DNA of 64,000 nt from Epithemia pelagica (lineage: Eukaryota; Protista; Bacillariophyta): assembly GCA_946965045.2 (NCBI GenBank), contig OX337232.1, positions 496,001-560,000 on the forward strand. The letters are read 5' to 3'. The translations under genes and the position numbers were made by a program. The notes under the pieces were generated by a model. That model worked only from the letters and a program-made list of their open reading frames with translations, ran no database searches and was not told the origin of the DNA. Shown piece by piece: positions 21,628 through 34,354 of this stretch (its first letter is position 1; each line of letters starts with the position of its first letter).

Positions 21628-23618
21628 CACAACCAAGGAGCAACCGGAGGTGCCTATTTGAAAATAGAACGGCCGCCTCAGGCGACCTTGTGCTGCGTGT
21701 CCCTTCCCCAATGCCCAAAGGTTGGAGGAAGTAAAAGAATTTGCCTTTCCCATTCAGATCATCCAGTCTGCTTGACTTTTCTTCTTCTTCTTCTTTACGC
21801 TCAAAGAGAAAACGCCGTAAAGAGTGCGAGGACAGAAAGAGAGAGAAAAATCGCCAATGCCGACGTGATGCCTGAGGCCATGGTTTGAGAAACAAACAGA
21901 TGATACGCTGATGTTACATGGTCATTGATTTTACGAATGGCACGATTGTCAGTCCCTGTTTGCTTTTGCGATCTATGAGTTATCTACCATCTCCTTGTCG
22001 GAAAAGAGGTTGAAGGTACCGCAGATTTTGCGTTGTAGTAGCTCGCGAGTCCGATTTCCTTCAAGGCTTGCATCACCTTCGGCGTGAAGGACTACCGGCG
22101 TGTATGGCCGTGCACAACTCTTTGTTCAAAGACATTGGATGCGATTTCGCCGGCATTCTCACATTCTCCTCGGCGGACACAAAACATCATCCATCGCGTT
22201 TCCTCGTCCTCCTTCTTTGAGATTGACACTCTTCTTTTCTCTCTCGTGAGTTGCCATCGGTCTCTTCGATTTTGGGATTGCTATGGTCTCCACCGCCTTT
22301 GAAACGGCGTTGAATTCATCTATTCTTGGCACATCTTGTTCTGCAAACCGCAACGACCACAAAATCCTCGATTCGATTGGAGGCACGTTTGATTCGGAAA
22401 CCTCACAAGGCATCTCTATTTCTGTTTGAGATAAAGAACGACAACAATGTAGAGCTGGCTTCATATTCATTGTACTCAAAAGGTCGACAAGAGCTGCAGG
22501 TTGTTCTCGGCGTCACGAATGAGTGGGGTGGAACGAGCTTCACAACAGGTTCTATCCACCAGTGCGATTTCCGAGATAAGTCTGTCGAAGATCATTTGAC
22601 CTCGTAGGGTCAAATTGCTACTCGCCGAGTCATTGACCGGACCCCCATGATTAACTGGGAGGTCTTTCGTTCATTGACCAGTGGGTTGGGTTTCAAAAGT
22701 GCCTATGGAGTATGCGGATGACAAGTTGGTCGACTGTTTCCAAAATGATACTGTCCTCGTGGAAAGGTCTGAGACGCTCAAGACGAAAGAAGAGGGATTG
22801 GGCGAATTTATTCGTATTTTCCAGGCTGTCCCGTTGTTGTCATAATTTAAACATAGAACCCGAGCTTCTTGGAAGAAACAGGGCAACCTGTTCTGACATG
22901 TGAATCACAACGTATGGCTTCCATTTTATCATCACCAATGTATGAATGTGGGCAGATTTTATCGTGTTCATTTCGAACGACTGCACTGGTGCCACACAAT
23001 GATTGTAAAAGTTGAAAATATCCCCTACTAGATGTTGGACACGAGGGGGTCAGTCTCCAACGGAAGTCCACCAAGCCAAGCCAAGCGAAGCCAGACGAGA
23101 ACTAAAACGATAAAACAAGGCTGCTCCACACCATCGTTATTTGAGGCAGAGAGCCTCGTTAGAGGTGAGTTGGTGGATTGAAGAAAAGACGAACGACGGC
23201 CAAAAGGTGGCCGAGCCAGAGAAAACCGAAGCCATCATCAAAGCAATCGTTCCAATAGTTTACAGAACAACAACAGCCATTAACAGTCTCTAGGGTTGGA
23301 TTAGTTTACACATCTTCCTCTGGCTTTCGAAATTGGACGAGAAGTAGGAGTACTCCTCCCTTGTTATTAAGAAGACATTACCTAGCTACTACCTAGCCAC
23401 TATATGGCAGGGATAGATACGGGCTCATCTCCATTTACTCCTATTATAGTTCGCGCAGAAATCGTGACTGAACCGGAATTGACGTGGCGATTCCCACCAA
23501 ATCTCTCCTTCATTGTCGTGAGATTTACGTTTGTTTGTGTGTTGCCATGAGTGGCCGTGCAAATTTAAAAGCAAGAGTTTCCGATCAATTGAATTGTTTG
23601 TGTCCCCTCTTCAACAAG

Positions 23619-24179
23619 ATGACAAGCAAATGGTGTTGCCTGTTGGGAAGCTTGCTGATTGCCGTGCTTCTTTCTGTAGAGGCGACGGTGGCATTCTCGC
23701 CGACCCGTCCTTTGAGGACCCAGGTTTCACGTCTTTCAAGTACGAACCGAAATATTAAGCCGAAAGAGCCGTTCGAAATGAACACGAAAGAGCTCCAAGT
23801 GGCCAATGTCGAGGCAGCCCAAAAGTCTCTGGACTTAGCTGACACTGCAAATACTATTGCTGAGAAGTCAAGCACTATTGCTGCGATTTCTGTTGCAATT
23901 TCTGCTCTTGTACCTTTACTCATTGCATTTGTGGCAAACAACAAGATCGATACTATTCGCGTGGAAGACCAAATCTTTCAACTGGAACTCAAGAAACTGG
24001 AGACAAATAATAAAAAGAAAAAGCATGATATTCAAGCATTGATTGATGCAAAGAAAGGTGTGACTCCTAAACGCTTGTCTACCAATCAACGCAGTAATTT
24101 ATTGAATGACGGTGCTGTCGCTTGGCTCAAGAAGCATACGGTTGCCGAACAGGGAAATTCCTTACCTTGGTTGACGTAA
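23619..24179 (+). CDS. Small putative plastid-targeted membrane coiled-coil protein, copy 1 (186 aa)
   Basis: Signal peptide ending TVA-FSP, S/T/R-rich transit-like stretch, one TM helix (IAAISVAISALVPLLIAFVA), one EDQIFQLELKK repeat. Confidence 0.75.
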   Translation: MTSKWCCLLGSLLIAVLLSVEATVAFSPTRPLRTQVSRLSSTNRNIKPKEPFEMNTKELQVANVEAAQKSLDLADTANTIAEKSSTIAAISVAISALVPLLIAFVANNKIDTIRVEDQIFQLELKKLETNNKKKKHDIQALIDAKKGVTPKRLSTNQRSNLLNDGAVAWLKKHTVAEQGNSLPWLT

Positions 24180-24434
24180 AAGTCGTTCGTTGAGCACGTG
24201 GGACTACAAATGGGGTTTGGGACGATCGGACCGGAAGTCATGCGAATGTTCGCGTTGGGCTCCAACTGGATACGATAGAAGATATATAACGAGTAGTGCA
24301 AAGAACTGAAGCACAGCACTTTGTTGGGTGGTATTACATTGCATCATGGAGATGCGGTTCTAGAATGTGAACACTTTGACGAACCTGCCTGTCGTGGAAC
24401 GCGCCCAACGCCAACTAAAGTAATAGCAGAACAC

Positions 24435-25605
24435 CAACAAGCCCCGTGCCTGTCCTTGTTTCAGTTTTGGACTTCATGGCATCACCGAGTCTGGCAATCA
24501 CGACCACATCTGTTGGGCGATTCCCCAGATGACAAGGATGTGTTACATGACGAGAACGACGAAGAGAAAGCTCATACTTGTTTGGACGAATCACTGTCGA
24601 TTCCAGTCCCCCACGGAGTCACACACATCCCTACCATTATCAGACGACGACGATGACAATGATTTGGACGCGAGTTGCCCCAACGACGACTAGGACGAAT
24701 CGACGTACAGTGATTGTGCGATGAAGGAACCACAGTAGCTCCGGTTGTAGTAGTTAATACACCATCACCAGTATTGCCCACGGATGCTGCTTCACCCGAC
24801 CAAACCGGACTCGAAACGTCAAATGGCTGACTTGCAAGTCTCCTTGTACCAACACCAAGAATTGCAAGTGCAACAATTGCAAGACCGAGGCCGCTTGGAA
24901 ACGGCCATGATGCGACAAATCATGGACGAAGGCATTCAAGACTATGAAACTCAATCGCAACACGTGACCAAACAACTGACCGAGTTGCAACAGCAGCAAT
25001 TGGTGGTGGTACGGCACAAGGATTCCACGACTGTGCCCACGACGGTTCATACCTCGGCGTCGTCCTCGCCGTCCTTCTCGCTGGCGCAAACACGGACCGA
25101 AGAAGAGACGACCACAGTCTCTTGGCGCTCAAACCATTGCTGGAGGAAACGCTCACGAGCAGTCCTACACGACCTATGAGACAGCAAAAATGTGTTTTGC
25201 ACCAAGCCTACAACCAGTATTCCATTGGCGGAGTGGATGTCCCGGACCGAAACCAGTCCCACCACAACGACGACGATGACGACGACCCTGTCGTTGCCCC
25301 CACCCGTTCTCTTGTCCTCACCGCCCTCGAAACGAGTGTCCGTGCCCCACCCTGGTCGGTCGACTGCACCTACAGACGACCATGACGTGCTGCTCCTCCA
25401 CAATCGACCCTCCTGTGAAGAACGAGCCGAGCCATCGCAATCGAGTGCGGCCATGACGCCAAAGTGTCGAATCCTTTAGGCGCGCCCAAGTCCAACACAT
25501 TCGGCCACGCAATTGGGGCGATTCATCGTCGTCGATTGTGGAAAGTATGGCCGGTCATCAGTCCTTGCCCATGCTCTTGTTGAAACCGCACGAGCAGCCG
25601 TGACA
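24435..25605 (+). pseudogene. Coiled-coil family pseudogene 2
   Basis: Colinear with 19801-21627, with deletions, frameshifts and stops. Limits are approximate. Confidence 0.85.
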
Positions 25606-27427
25606 CCACCAAGGGAGAGAGGTGCCTGTTGTTTGGTAGCTACCACACAGGTTGACACTGCCCAACAAGTGTGTGGGGAAAATGACACCAGTCAATATGG
25701 GTAAATATGCCATTCATTATATCCAAGTCGTTGGAAATGGACTCGAATGATTGCTGCGGAAAAGAATTTCGCAGTGAAAATGAAACGGCCGCCTCAGGCG
25801 ACCTTGTGCTGTGTGTCCCTTCCCCAATGCCCAAAGGTTGAAGGAAGTAAAAGACTTTTCCTTTCCCATTCGGATCATCGAGTCTGCTTGACTCGTCTTC
25901 TTCTTCTTCTTCTTAACCCTGAAAGAGAAAACGTCGTAAACACTGCGAGGACAGAGAGAGAGAAAAAAATCGCCAATGCCGACGTGATGCCTGAGGCCAT
26001 GGTTTTGAGAACATACAGATGATACACTGATGTTACATGGTCATTGATTTTACGGTGGCTCGATTGTCAGTCCGCATTTGCCTTTGCGATCTATGAGTTA
26101 TCCACCATCTCCTTGTCAGAAAAGAGGTTGGAGGTACCGTTGATTTGAAGCGAAAAGTAGTTTCTCACTTGTGCGTCGAGAAACAGCCGTATACCCAAGA
26201 TAACATGCTGTTCCGCAATTTGGCGGCAGCGCCTCAACAGTCCTGCGACAAGAGCTGCAGGTTGTTCTCGGCGTCACGAATGAGCCGGGTGGAACAAGCA
26301 TCACAACAGGTTCTATCCACCACTGCGATTTCCGAGATTATTGACAATATCTTTAGGCAGAACGCCAACAAGTCTGTCGAAGATCATTTGGCTGCGAAAA
26401 GGGAAATGGTGTTGGCCTCGAACGGTCAAATTGCTACTCGCCGAGTCATTGACCGGACCCCCATGATTAACTGGGAGGTCTTTCGTTCATTGACCAGTCG
26501 GTTGGGTTACAAAAGTGCCTATGGAGTATGCGGATGACAAGTTGGCCGACTGTTTCCAAGATGATACTGTCCTCGTGGAAGGGTCTGAGACACTCACGAC
26601 GAAAGAAGAGGGATTGGGCCAAGTTATTCGTATTTTCCAGGCTGTCCCGTTGTTGTCATAATTTAAACATAGGACCCGAGCTTCTTGGAAGAAACAGGGC
26701 ACCCTGTTCTGACATGTGAATCACAACTTATGGCTTCCATTTTATCATCACCAATGTATGAATGTGGGCAGATTTTATCGTGTTCATTTCGAACGACTGC
26801 ACTGGTGCCACACAATGATTGTAAAAGTTGAAAATATCCCCTACTAGACGTTGGACACGACGGGGGTCAGTCTCCAACGGAAGTCCACCAAGCCAAGCCA
26901 AGCCAGACGAGAACTACAACGATGAAACAAGGCTGCTCCGCACCATCGTTATTTGGGGCAGAGAGCCTCCTTAGAGGCGAGTTGGTGGATTGAAGAAAAG
27001 ACCAACGATGGCCAAAAGGTGGCTGGGGCAGAGAAGACCGAAGCAATCTTCAAGGCAATCGTTCCAATAGTTTACAGAACAATACCAGCCATTAACAGTC
27101 TCTAGGGTTGGATTAGTTTTCACATCTTCCTCTGGCTTTTGAAACAGGAGTACTCCTCCCTTGTTAAGATAGCTACTCCTACCTAGCAACTATGTGGCAG
27201 GTATGGTAGATACTGGACCCGCCGATTAAAATTTGGTCGCGCAGAAATCGTGACTGAATCACAGATGGCGCGCAAAGTGAAGTGGCGATTCCCACCAACT
27301 CTGTTGCCAAAACCCAGACTGTCGTGAGATTTACGTTTGTTGTTTATTTGTCGCCATGAGTGGCCGTGCATATTTAAAAGCAAGAGTTTCTGATCAATTG
27401 AATTGTTAGTGTCCCCTCTTCAACAAG

Positions 27428-28021
27428 ATGGCAAGCAAATGGTGTTGCCTATTGGGGAACTTGCTGATTGCTATGCTTCTTTCTGCAAAGGCGACGGTGG
27501 CATTCTCGCCGACCCGTCCTTTGAGGGCCCAGGTTTCACGTCTTTCAAGTACGAACCGAAATTTTAAGCCGAAAGAGCCGTTCGAAATGAACACGAAAGA
27601 GCTCCAAGTGGCCAATGTCGAGGCAGCCCAAAAGTCTCTGGGCTTAGCTGACACTGCAAATACTATTGCTGCGACTGCAAATACTATTGCTGCGATTTCT
27701 GTTGCAATTTCTGCTCTTGTACCTTTACTCATTGCATATGGGGCAAACAACAAGATCGATACTATTCGCGTGGAAGACCGAATCTTTCAATTGGAGCTGA
27801 AAGAAAGAGAAGAAATCTTTCAACTGGAACTCAAGAAACTGGAGACAAATAATAAAAAGAAAAAACATGAAATACAAATATTGATTGATGCAAAGAAAGG
27901 TGTGACTCCTAAAAGCTTGTCTACCAATCAACGCAGTAATTTATTGAATGACGGGGCTGTCGCTTGGCTTAAGAAGCATACGGTTGCCGAACAGGGAAAT
28001 TCTTTACCTTGGTTGACGTAA
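27428..28021 (+). CDS. Plastid-type membrane coiled-coil protein, copy 2 (197 aa)
   Basis: Intact paralog with two 11-aa repeats and a duplicated TANTIA heptad. Confidence 0.75.
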   Translation: MASKWCCLLGNLLIAMLLSAKATVAFSPTRPLRAQVSRLSSTNRNFKPKEPFEMNTKELQVANVEAAQKSLGLADTANTIAATANTIAAISVAISALVPLLIAYGANNKIDTIRVEDRIFQLELKEREEIFQLELKKLETNNKKKKHEIQILIDAKKGVTPKSLSTNQRSNLLNDGAVAWLKKHTVAEQGNSLPWLT

Positions 28022-28279
28022 AAGTCGTACGTCGAGCACGTGGGACTACAAATGGGGTTTGGGACGATCGGACCGGAAATTATGGGAGTGTTCACGTTCT
28101 CCTCCAACTGAATACGATAGAAGATATATAACGAGTAGTGCAAAGAAGTGAAGCACAGCACTTTGTTGCAGGGTATTACATTGCATCATGGAGATGCGTT
28201 TCCCGAACGTGGACACTTTGACGAACCTGCCTGTCGTGGAACGAGCACAACACCAACAAAAATAATAGCACAACACCAA

Positions 28280-29690
28280 CAAGCCCCGTGCCTGTCCTTG
28301 TTTCAGTTTTGGACTTCATTGTATCACCGCCTCTGGCAACCACGACCACATCTGTTGGGCGATTCCCCAGATGACAAGGATGTGTTACATCACGAGAACG
28401 ACGAAGAGAAAGCTCATACTTGGTTGGACGATTCGCTGTCGAGAACGAGCGATTCCAGTCCCCCACTGAGTCACACGCATTCCTACCATTATCAGACGAC
28501 GACGATGACAATGAGTTGGACGCGAGTTGCCCGAACGACGACTAGGACGAATCGACGGACAGTGATGGTGCGATGAAGGAACCAGTAGCTCTGGTTGTAG
28601 TCGTTAATACACCATCACCAGTATTGCCCACGGATGCTGCTACACCCGACCAAACCGGACTCGAAACGACGACACTCTCCGCGGTGTGGTCCACACTGTT
28701 GACGCACTTGCTCCACGAATCCCAACACTATCGACACCAAGTGGAGGACTTGCAACACCAAGTCAAACAATTGCAACAATAACAACCACGACGTTAACAA
28801 CACACGTGGAACGAGGAGGACCGTACCATTGAATTTGTTGCCGCGCACTGGCAAGTCTCGTCGTTTGAACAAGGTCGGCAGAAACACAAAGGGCTCGTGG
28901 AAACAAGATGGTAAATGATCATTTAAGACTTGCATGGTCAAATGGCTGACTTGCAAGTCTCCTTGTACCAACACCAAGAATTGCAAGTGCAACAATTGCA
29001 AGACCGAGGCCGCTTGGAAACGGCCATGATGCGACAAATCATGGACGAACGCATTCAAGACTATGAAACCCAATTGCAACACGTGACCAAACAACTGACC
29101 GAGTTGCAGCAGCAGCAATTGGTGTTGGTACGGCACCAGGATTCCACGACTGTGCCCACGACAGTTCATACCTCGTCTTGGTCCTCGCCGTCCTTGTCGC
29201 TGGCGCAAACACGGACCGACGACGACAGTCTCTTAGCGCTCACGAGCAGTCCTATACACCAAACCTCCCTCCACAAACACCACCAGTAGTATTCCATGGG
29301 CGGAGTGGATGTCCCGGACCGAAACCAGTCCCACCACAACGACGACGATGACGACGACCCTCTCGTTGCCCCCACCCGAACTCTTTTCCTCACCGCTGCC
29401 CACGAAACAAGTGTCCGTGCCCCACCCTGGTCGGTCGACTGCACCTACAGACGACCATGACGTGCTGCTCCTCCACAATCGACCCCCCTTTGAAGAACGA
29501 GCCGAACGTTGTTAGCAATGGCGGCCATGACGCCGCCAAAGTGTCGAATCCTTTGGGCGCGCCCCCCAAGTCCAACACATTTGGCCACGCAATTGAGGCG
29601 ATTCATCGTCATCGTTTGTAGTGGAACGCATGGCCAGTCATCCGTCCTTGCCCACTCTCTTGTTACAACCGCACGAGCAGCCGTGACACA
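28280..29690 (+). pseudogene. Coiled-coil family pseudogene 3
   Basis: Fragmented frames (28573-28782, 28930-29289, 29309-29515) homologous to the intact gene. Confidence 0.85.
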
Positions 29691-31095
29691 ACACAAAAAG
29701 AGATGCCTGCCTGGATGGTGCCTCGAATGCCAACACTGTGTTGTTGTTGTTGTTTGGTACCACACCGATTGACACTTGTAAACAATAAGAGGATTCGAAC
29801 GATTCCTGGAACTTGACATGGCAGTGAGAGAAGAAGAAGAAGAAGAAGAACCACCAAATGCGATCTTGGGTCATGTGTCCATTCCCCGAAATGCACTCTC
29901 CAATCTTGCAGGCAATAGAAGAGTTTACCTTTTCCATTTCTGGATCATCCAATTCCTTGGACTCATCTTCTGAGCAAAAGTCGTAACCAATCCCAAGACA
30001 GACAGACAGAGCGAGAGAGAGAGAAATCGCTCATGCCGACGTGATACTTGAGGCCATGGTTGTGAGAAACCAACAGATGATACACTGATGTTACATGGTC
30101 ATTGACAAAAGATTGCCACTCTGTAGCTGCATCTACGAGTATAATCCTCTCCATGTCGGAAAATAAGTTAGAGGTACCCTAGCTAGCTAGCTAGTCTACG
30201 GTGCTGACTTGGCGAGTCTGACGCTCTGTAGGGCTGGCGCGTCAATTGCACCTCCGGCGTGAAGGACTGCCGGCGTGTATGGGAAGGAATCTCGAATGGC
30301 CAGTCGTGCAACTCTTGTTCAAAGACACTCCCATCACACGGAAAAGCCAGGTGGCTTGTGTGGATGCCGGCATTCTCACAACATCTTCTCCGCGGGCACA
30401 TCCATCGCGTATCGCGTCGTTCTTGACACTTCTTTCCTCTCGTGCGGTGTCATCAATATCGATCGGCCTTCTTTATTGATTGTGGGATTCCTCTCTGATC
30501 TCCGCCTTTGGAACGATCATATTCGTCGTTGCATTCAGATCTCTTCTTGATACTTTTTGCAAACCGCAACGCCAACAAAATCTTTTGATTCGAGGCACGT
30601 GAGATTCGGAAACCACCACAAACGCGAAGGCATCTCGTTTTTGGGGGTTGAGAAATCGGATCCGGACCCTTTGGGTTGTTGCGTGACCGTTGAAATAGAA
30701 AGTCTTTGCCCTACCTTCTTTGGGGCTGCAAGGCATATCCAACACACGAACTCTCATAGTTTGGAAGAACGGGTGTGGTGGGCATACCCCCATTCAGTGC
30801 GCTCAAAGAAAGAATGGTGGTACCAATGGTGGAACCCTGCTCTCCCTTGTCGGCCACAACGACAACCACGAAAACGACCAGCCGTTTTGGTGATGGCGAT
30901 CATCATCACCCTCATCCTCCTCACTACAAGAAGGACGACAACTCCAATCCTCTCCAACCACCATCAAGAAGTGAAAAGGACCCTGGAGGATCCTCCACCA
31001 CCACCACGCTCGAGTCGTTGGATGCCACACGGGAAGAACCAATACGGACCCATCAAACTACCACCCACGGTGCATGGAACGACACTAATCATAGT

Positions 31096-33751
31096 ATGGA
31101 CCCAGTGATGGGGAACGAGTCCACCACCAGCACTACTGCGGACAAGACCCCAACCACCATGCCGCTTCCCGTGCTGCCTCACCACCATCCACCACCACGA
31201 CGAGGACGACGACGACCAGGCCGTCCCTATCATTCGCGACGGTGTCGCATGTCCCAGTTGCAAGGCAATTTAATGCGACAACAAACGCATCGAGATCCCT
31301 TCCAGTACGTTTTTTGGTTTGATTGATTCGTGGACGGTTTGGACTTTTTTCTACTACTGGATCGTTTCTCACGAATTGTTTGTGGTTCTCTCTGGTTGTT
31401 GTGGATTGTTGTTGTGATTGTGGTGATGGTTTGTTGGCACACATCATGTTGCAGAATTTATGAAATTTTGGAGGTTTTGGGACAAGGGAGTTTGGGTCGC
31501 GTGTGTCGGGTCCGCAAACGATTGGAGGCTGTCGGTGGATCGGCCAATCCTCAATTTGTCGTGCAACACAAGGGCTGTTGTTTTCCCTGGATTGCCCAGT
31601 GGATGCGATGGTGGACGCATCATCGACCCTCTGTCTTTACCACGAGTAGTAGTGACACGGCTACAGACGAGGACGACCACGAGCAAGACGACAATGACAC
31701 GGACGAGGACGACGAACATCCAGCCGTTTCCGGACGGTCGACTCTTGACGCGGCATCGGCCTCTTCCGAAGAAGCTCCAGTTGTGGTTGCCACCGCCGCG
31801 GCCGAATCCGTCACGACCGGTCCCAGTTCCTTCTCCACCGTAACCAGCAGTTCCAGTAGTAGTAGCAGTAGTAGTACAACCAGTGCCAACGCCAAACGAA
31901 CCTTGTTGTCATCGGCGTCATCCTCGACCGTGTCGGGTCCCTACAACATTCATATTGTCTGTCCCAAACCCATGGCCTTGCAACAACCACAACGACCACC
32001 ACCCTGTTCTCCCGCCGGTGTGGCTCGCCAAAGCCAATACGGACTAAAACACAACACGTCTTCGCTCAGTTCCTTTAATCCTCACAGTATTCGCAGCAAC
32101 AATGGTACCACCACGGCTCCCATGGCCCAATATGCACTCAAGTCCATTCATTTGAATCGGTGTGGCAATCCAGCCTTTGTGGAGGAACTCAAGAACGAGG
32201 TGGAAATTCTCAAGGAATTGGATCATCCCACTATTGTCCGAGCGATTGAAACCTTTGATTACCAACATCGCTTGTACATTGTCCTGGAACTCTGTCGCGG
32301 AGGAGGCGATTTGTATTCACGGGATCCCTATCCCGAAGCCGTGGCGCAATCCATTGTCCACAGTTTGTGCAGTGCTGTCGCCTACCTCCATCGACGAGGC
32401 ATTGTGCATCGGGATTTGAAATATGAAAATGTCATGTTTGTCAATTGGCATTCCAATGATATCAAATTGATTGATTTTGGCTTGAGTCAAAAATTTGTCC
32501 CCCTGCCACCCTCGCCGCGACGACGACAACGACGACACTCAAACAAACAAGCAGAGGAGGAGGAACACGAGGCACCGGAACCACAATACATGCACGATCC
32601 GGTCGGAACCTTGTATACCATCACCCGAATTGTTGTCGGGTGAATATACACATCAAGTCGATGTCTGGAGCCTCGGGGTGATTGCCTTTATGCTACCCTC
32701 CAGTAGTTTGCCCTTTTATGGACGAACCCGCGTCAAAACCATTCAACGCATTCTCAAGGGCAAGTACCGATTTTTGCCCCACGCGCGATGGAAGACCGTG
32801 TCCCGTGCAGCCCATGACTTTGTCCAAGCCTGTCTCTGTTTGGATCCCGAGGAACGACCGACCGCGCGACAAGCCCAGAAACTTGACTGGTTGGTGCAGT
32901 CGTCCCGGAATTCCCATGCCTTCAGTGCTACTGGACCACCGACTTTATCATGGACGAACAATGACTGTGACAACAATGGCATGGTGCTCAGTCCGACGGA
33001 CAATGAACCACACTCCTGGCACAACCAACCATCCGATGGTTCGGACTCGGGAGAAGACGGGCAAGTCCAGCAACAAGAACTTCTACTACTACCCGAATTG
33101 ACGGATCAAGAGGTGGAACAAATGAATCGTATTCAAGCTTCCATTTTGGCCTTTGCCGGATATTCGCGACTCAAAAAGTTGGCCTTGTTGATTGTGGCGT
33201 ACAAGAGTACCAGTGACGAATTGGGATTTTTGAATCACATGTTTGAACGATTTGATTTGGAGCATGATGGTGAGATCTCTCGTTCCGAATTTGTACGGGT
33301 CATGACCGCGTCCTTTCCCAACACGAGCTTGACACTGGACGACATCATTGACGTGGATGGAACCGGAACGGTGCATTATTCGGAATTTTTGGCCGCCACC
33401 TTGGAAGCCGTCACGGGCACCAACGAGGAGGAGGATGGCAGTGTGTACTGCGGTTTGTTGGATGAAGCACGATTGGCAGAGGCCTTTGACCGAATGGATT
33501 GTGATGATAGTGGGTACATTACCCTCTCGAACTTGTCGCAATTGTTGGGCCCCAATGTACCAGACCATTATGTGCAAGGTGTGTTGGATGAAGTGACCCA
33601 GCAAGTCGACGGCACCATGACGACGGCGGCAACCAAGGACCAACCCCTCAATCCCGTGTCTGGTCGGCCCGGAGATTCGTACATTTCGTACCAACAATTT
33701 CGGGACTTGTTATGGTCCACCGACCAGCATTCTTGTCTGGCGGAGGAATAG
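31096..33751 (+). pseudogene. CDPK B copy 1, frameshifted
   Basis: Intron 31305-31454. A 2-nt loss at the MAPE codons (about 32620; ACCATCACCCGAA vs ACCATGGCACCGGAA in copy 2) breaks the frame, and an 18-nt deletion precedes EF-hand 2. The start codon is uncertain. Confidence 0.75.
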
Positions 33752-34058
33752 CGGATGACGGCTGTGGCGTGCGACACGTCGTACTGGACAAGATACAGTC
33801 TCCGGTGAGGACGCTGGTGCACGAATTTTCGGCTCGCTCCACAATGAGCAATGGCACATTGTACCAGCCATCTTGGACCGCGTAAACCACAAGCAAGAGT
33901 TTGAGAAGACTCTCTCCGTTGCTTGCGTCTCTGGTACAAAGTTGGGCTTGAGGCGTAGCTACGAAAGAGTCGAGGCAGAAAAGGAATAGTGGCAACTCGC
34001 TTTGTATTCACGGTCGTCGACATGGAACGCACGTGATAGTGTTCAAGATTTTGCCTAC

Positions 34059-34178
34059 TTACTTTAGATTATTCTTACGCTGTTGGTGTATCTTGACGAG
34101 ATTGACGCCAAGCCTGGCAACTCTGTCCAGCGCTTGCTGAGCACTTGCGTTTGCAACTCCGGGTGGAACGAACGCCAT
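34059..34178 (-). pseudogene. Mug135-like gene, 5' stub only (internal deletion of about 545 bp relative to the 61.2-61.8 kb copy)
   Basis: MAFVPPGVANASAQQALD joins directly to the downstream module at a GGC microhomology. Confidence 0.6.
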
Positions 34179-34354
34179 GGTGATGGGACAAATGGCAACC
34201 AAAAGAAGAACTTCTTCTCTTCCAAATCCCAACCGGTTTTTAGGCCGTAGATCCACGCGCGTGGGCGTTGACAGGCCATCTTGGTCTTGGCGCGTGTGCA
34301 TAAGTTACACAGATGAAAATAGTACAACGTAGGTTAATGTACTGAGCCTACTTA

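Noticed and set aside
30178-30196. (CTAG)n palindromic microsatellite, also at about 57256-57275
   Set aside because: A short simple repeat shared through the segmental duplication, with no further structure.
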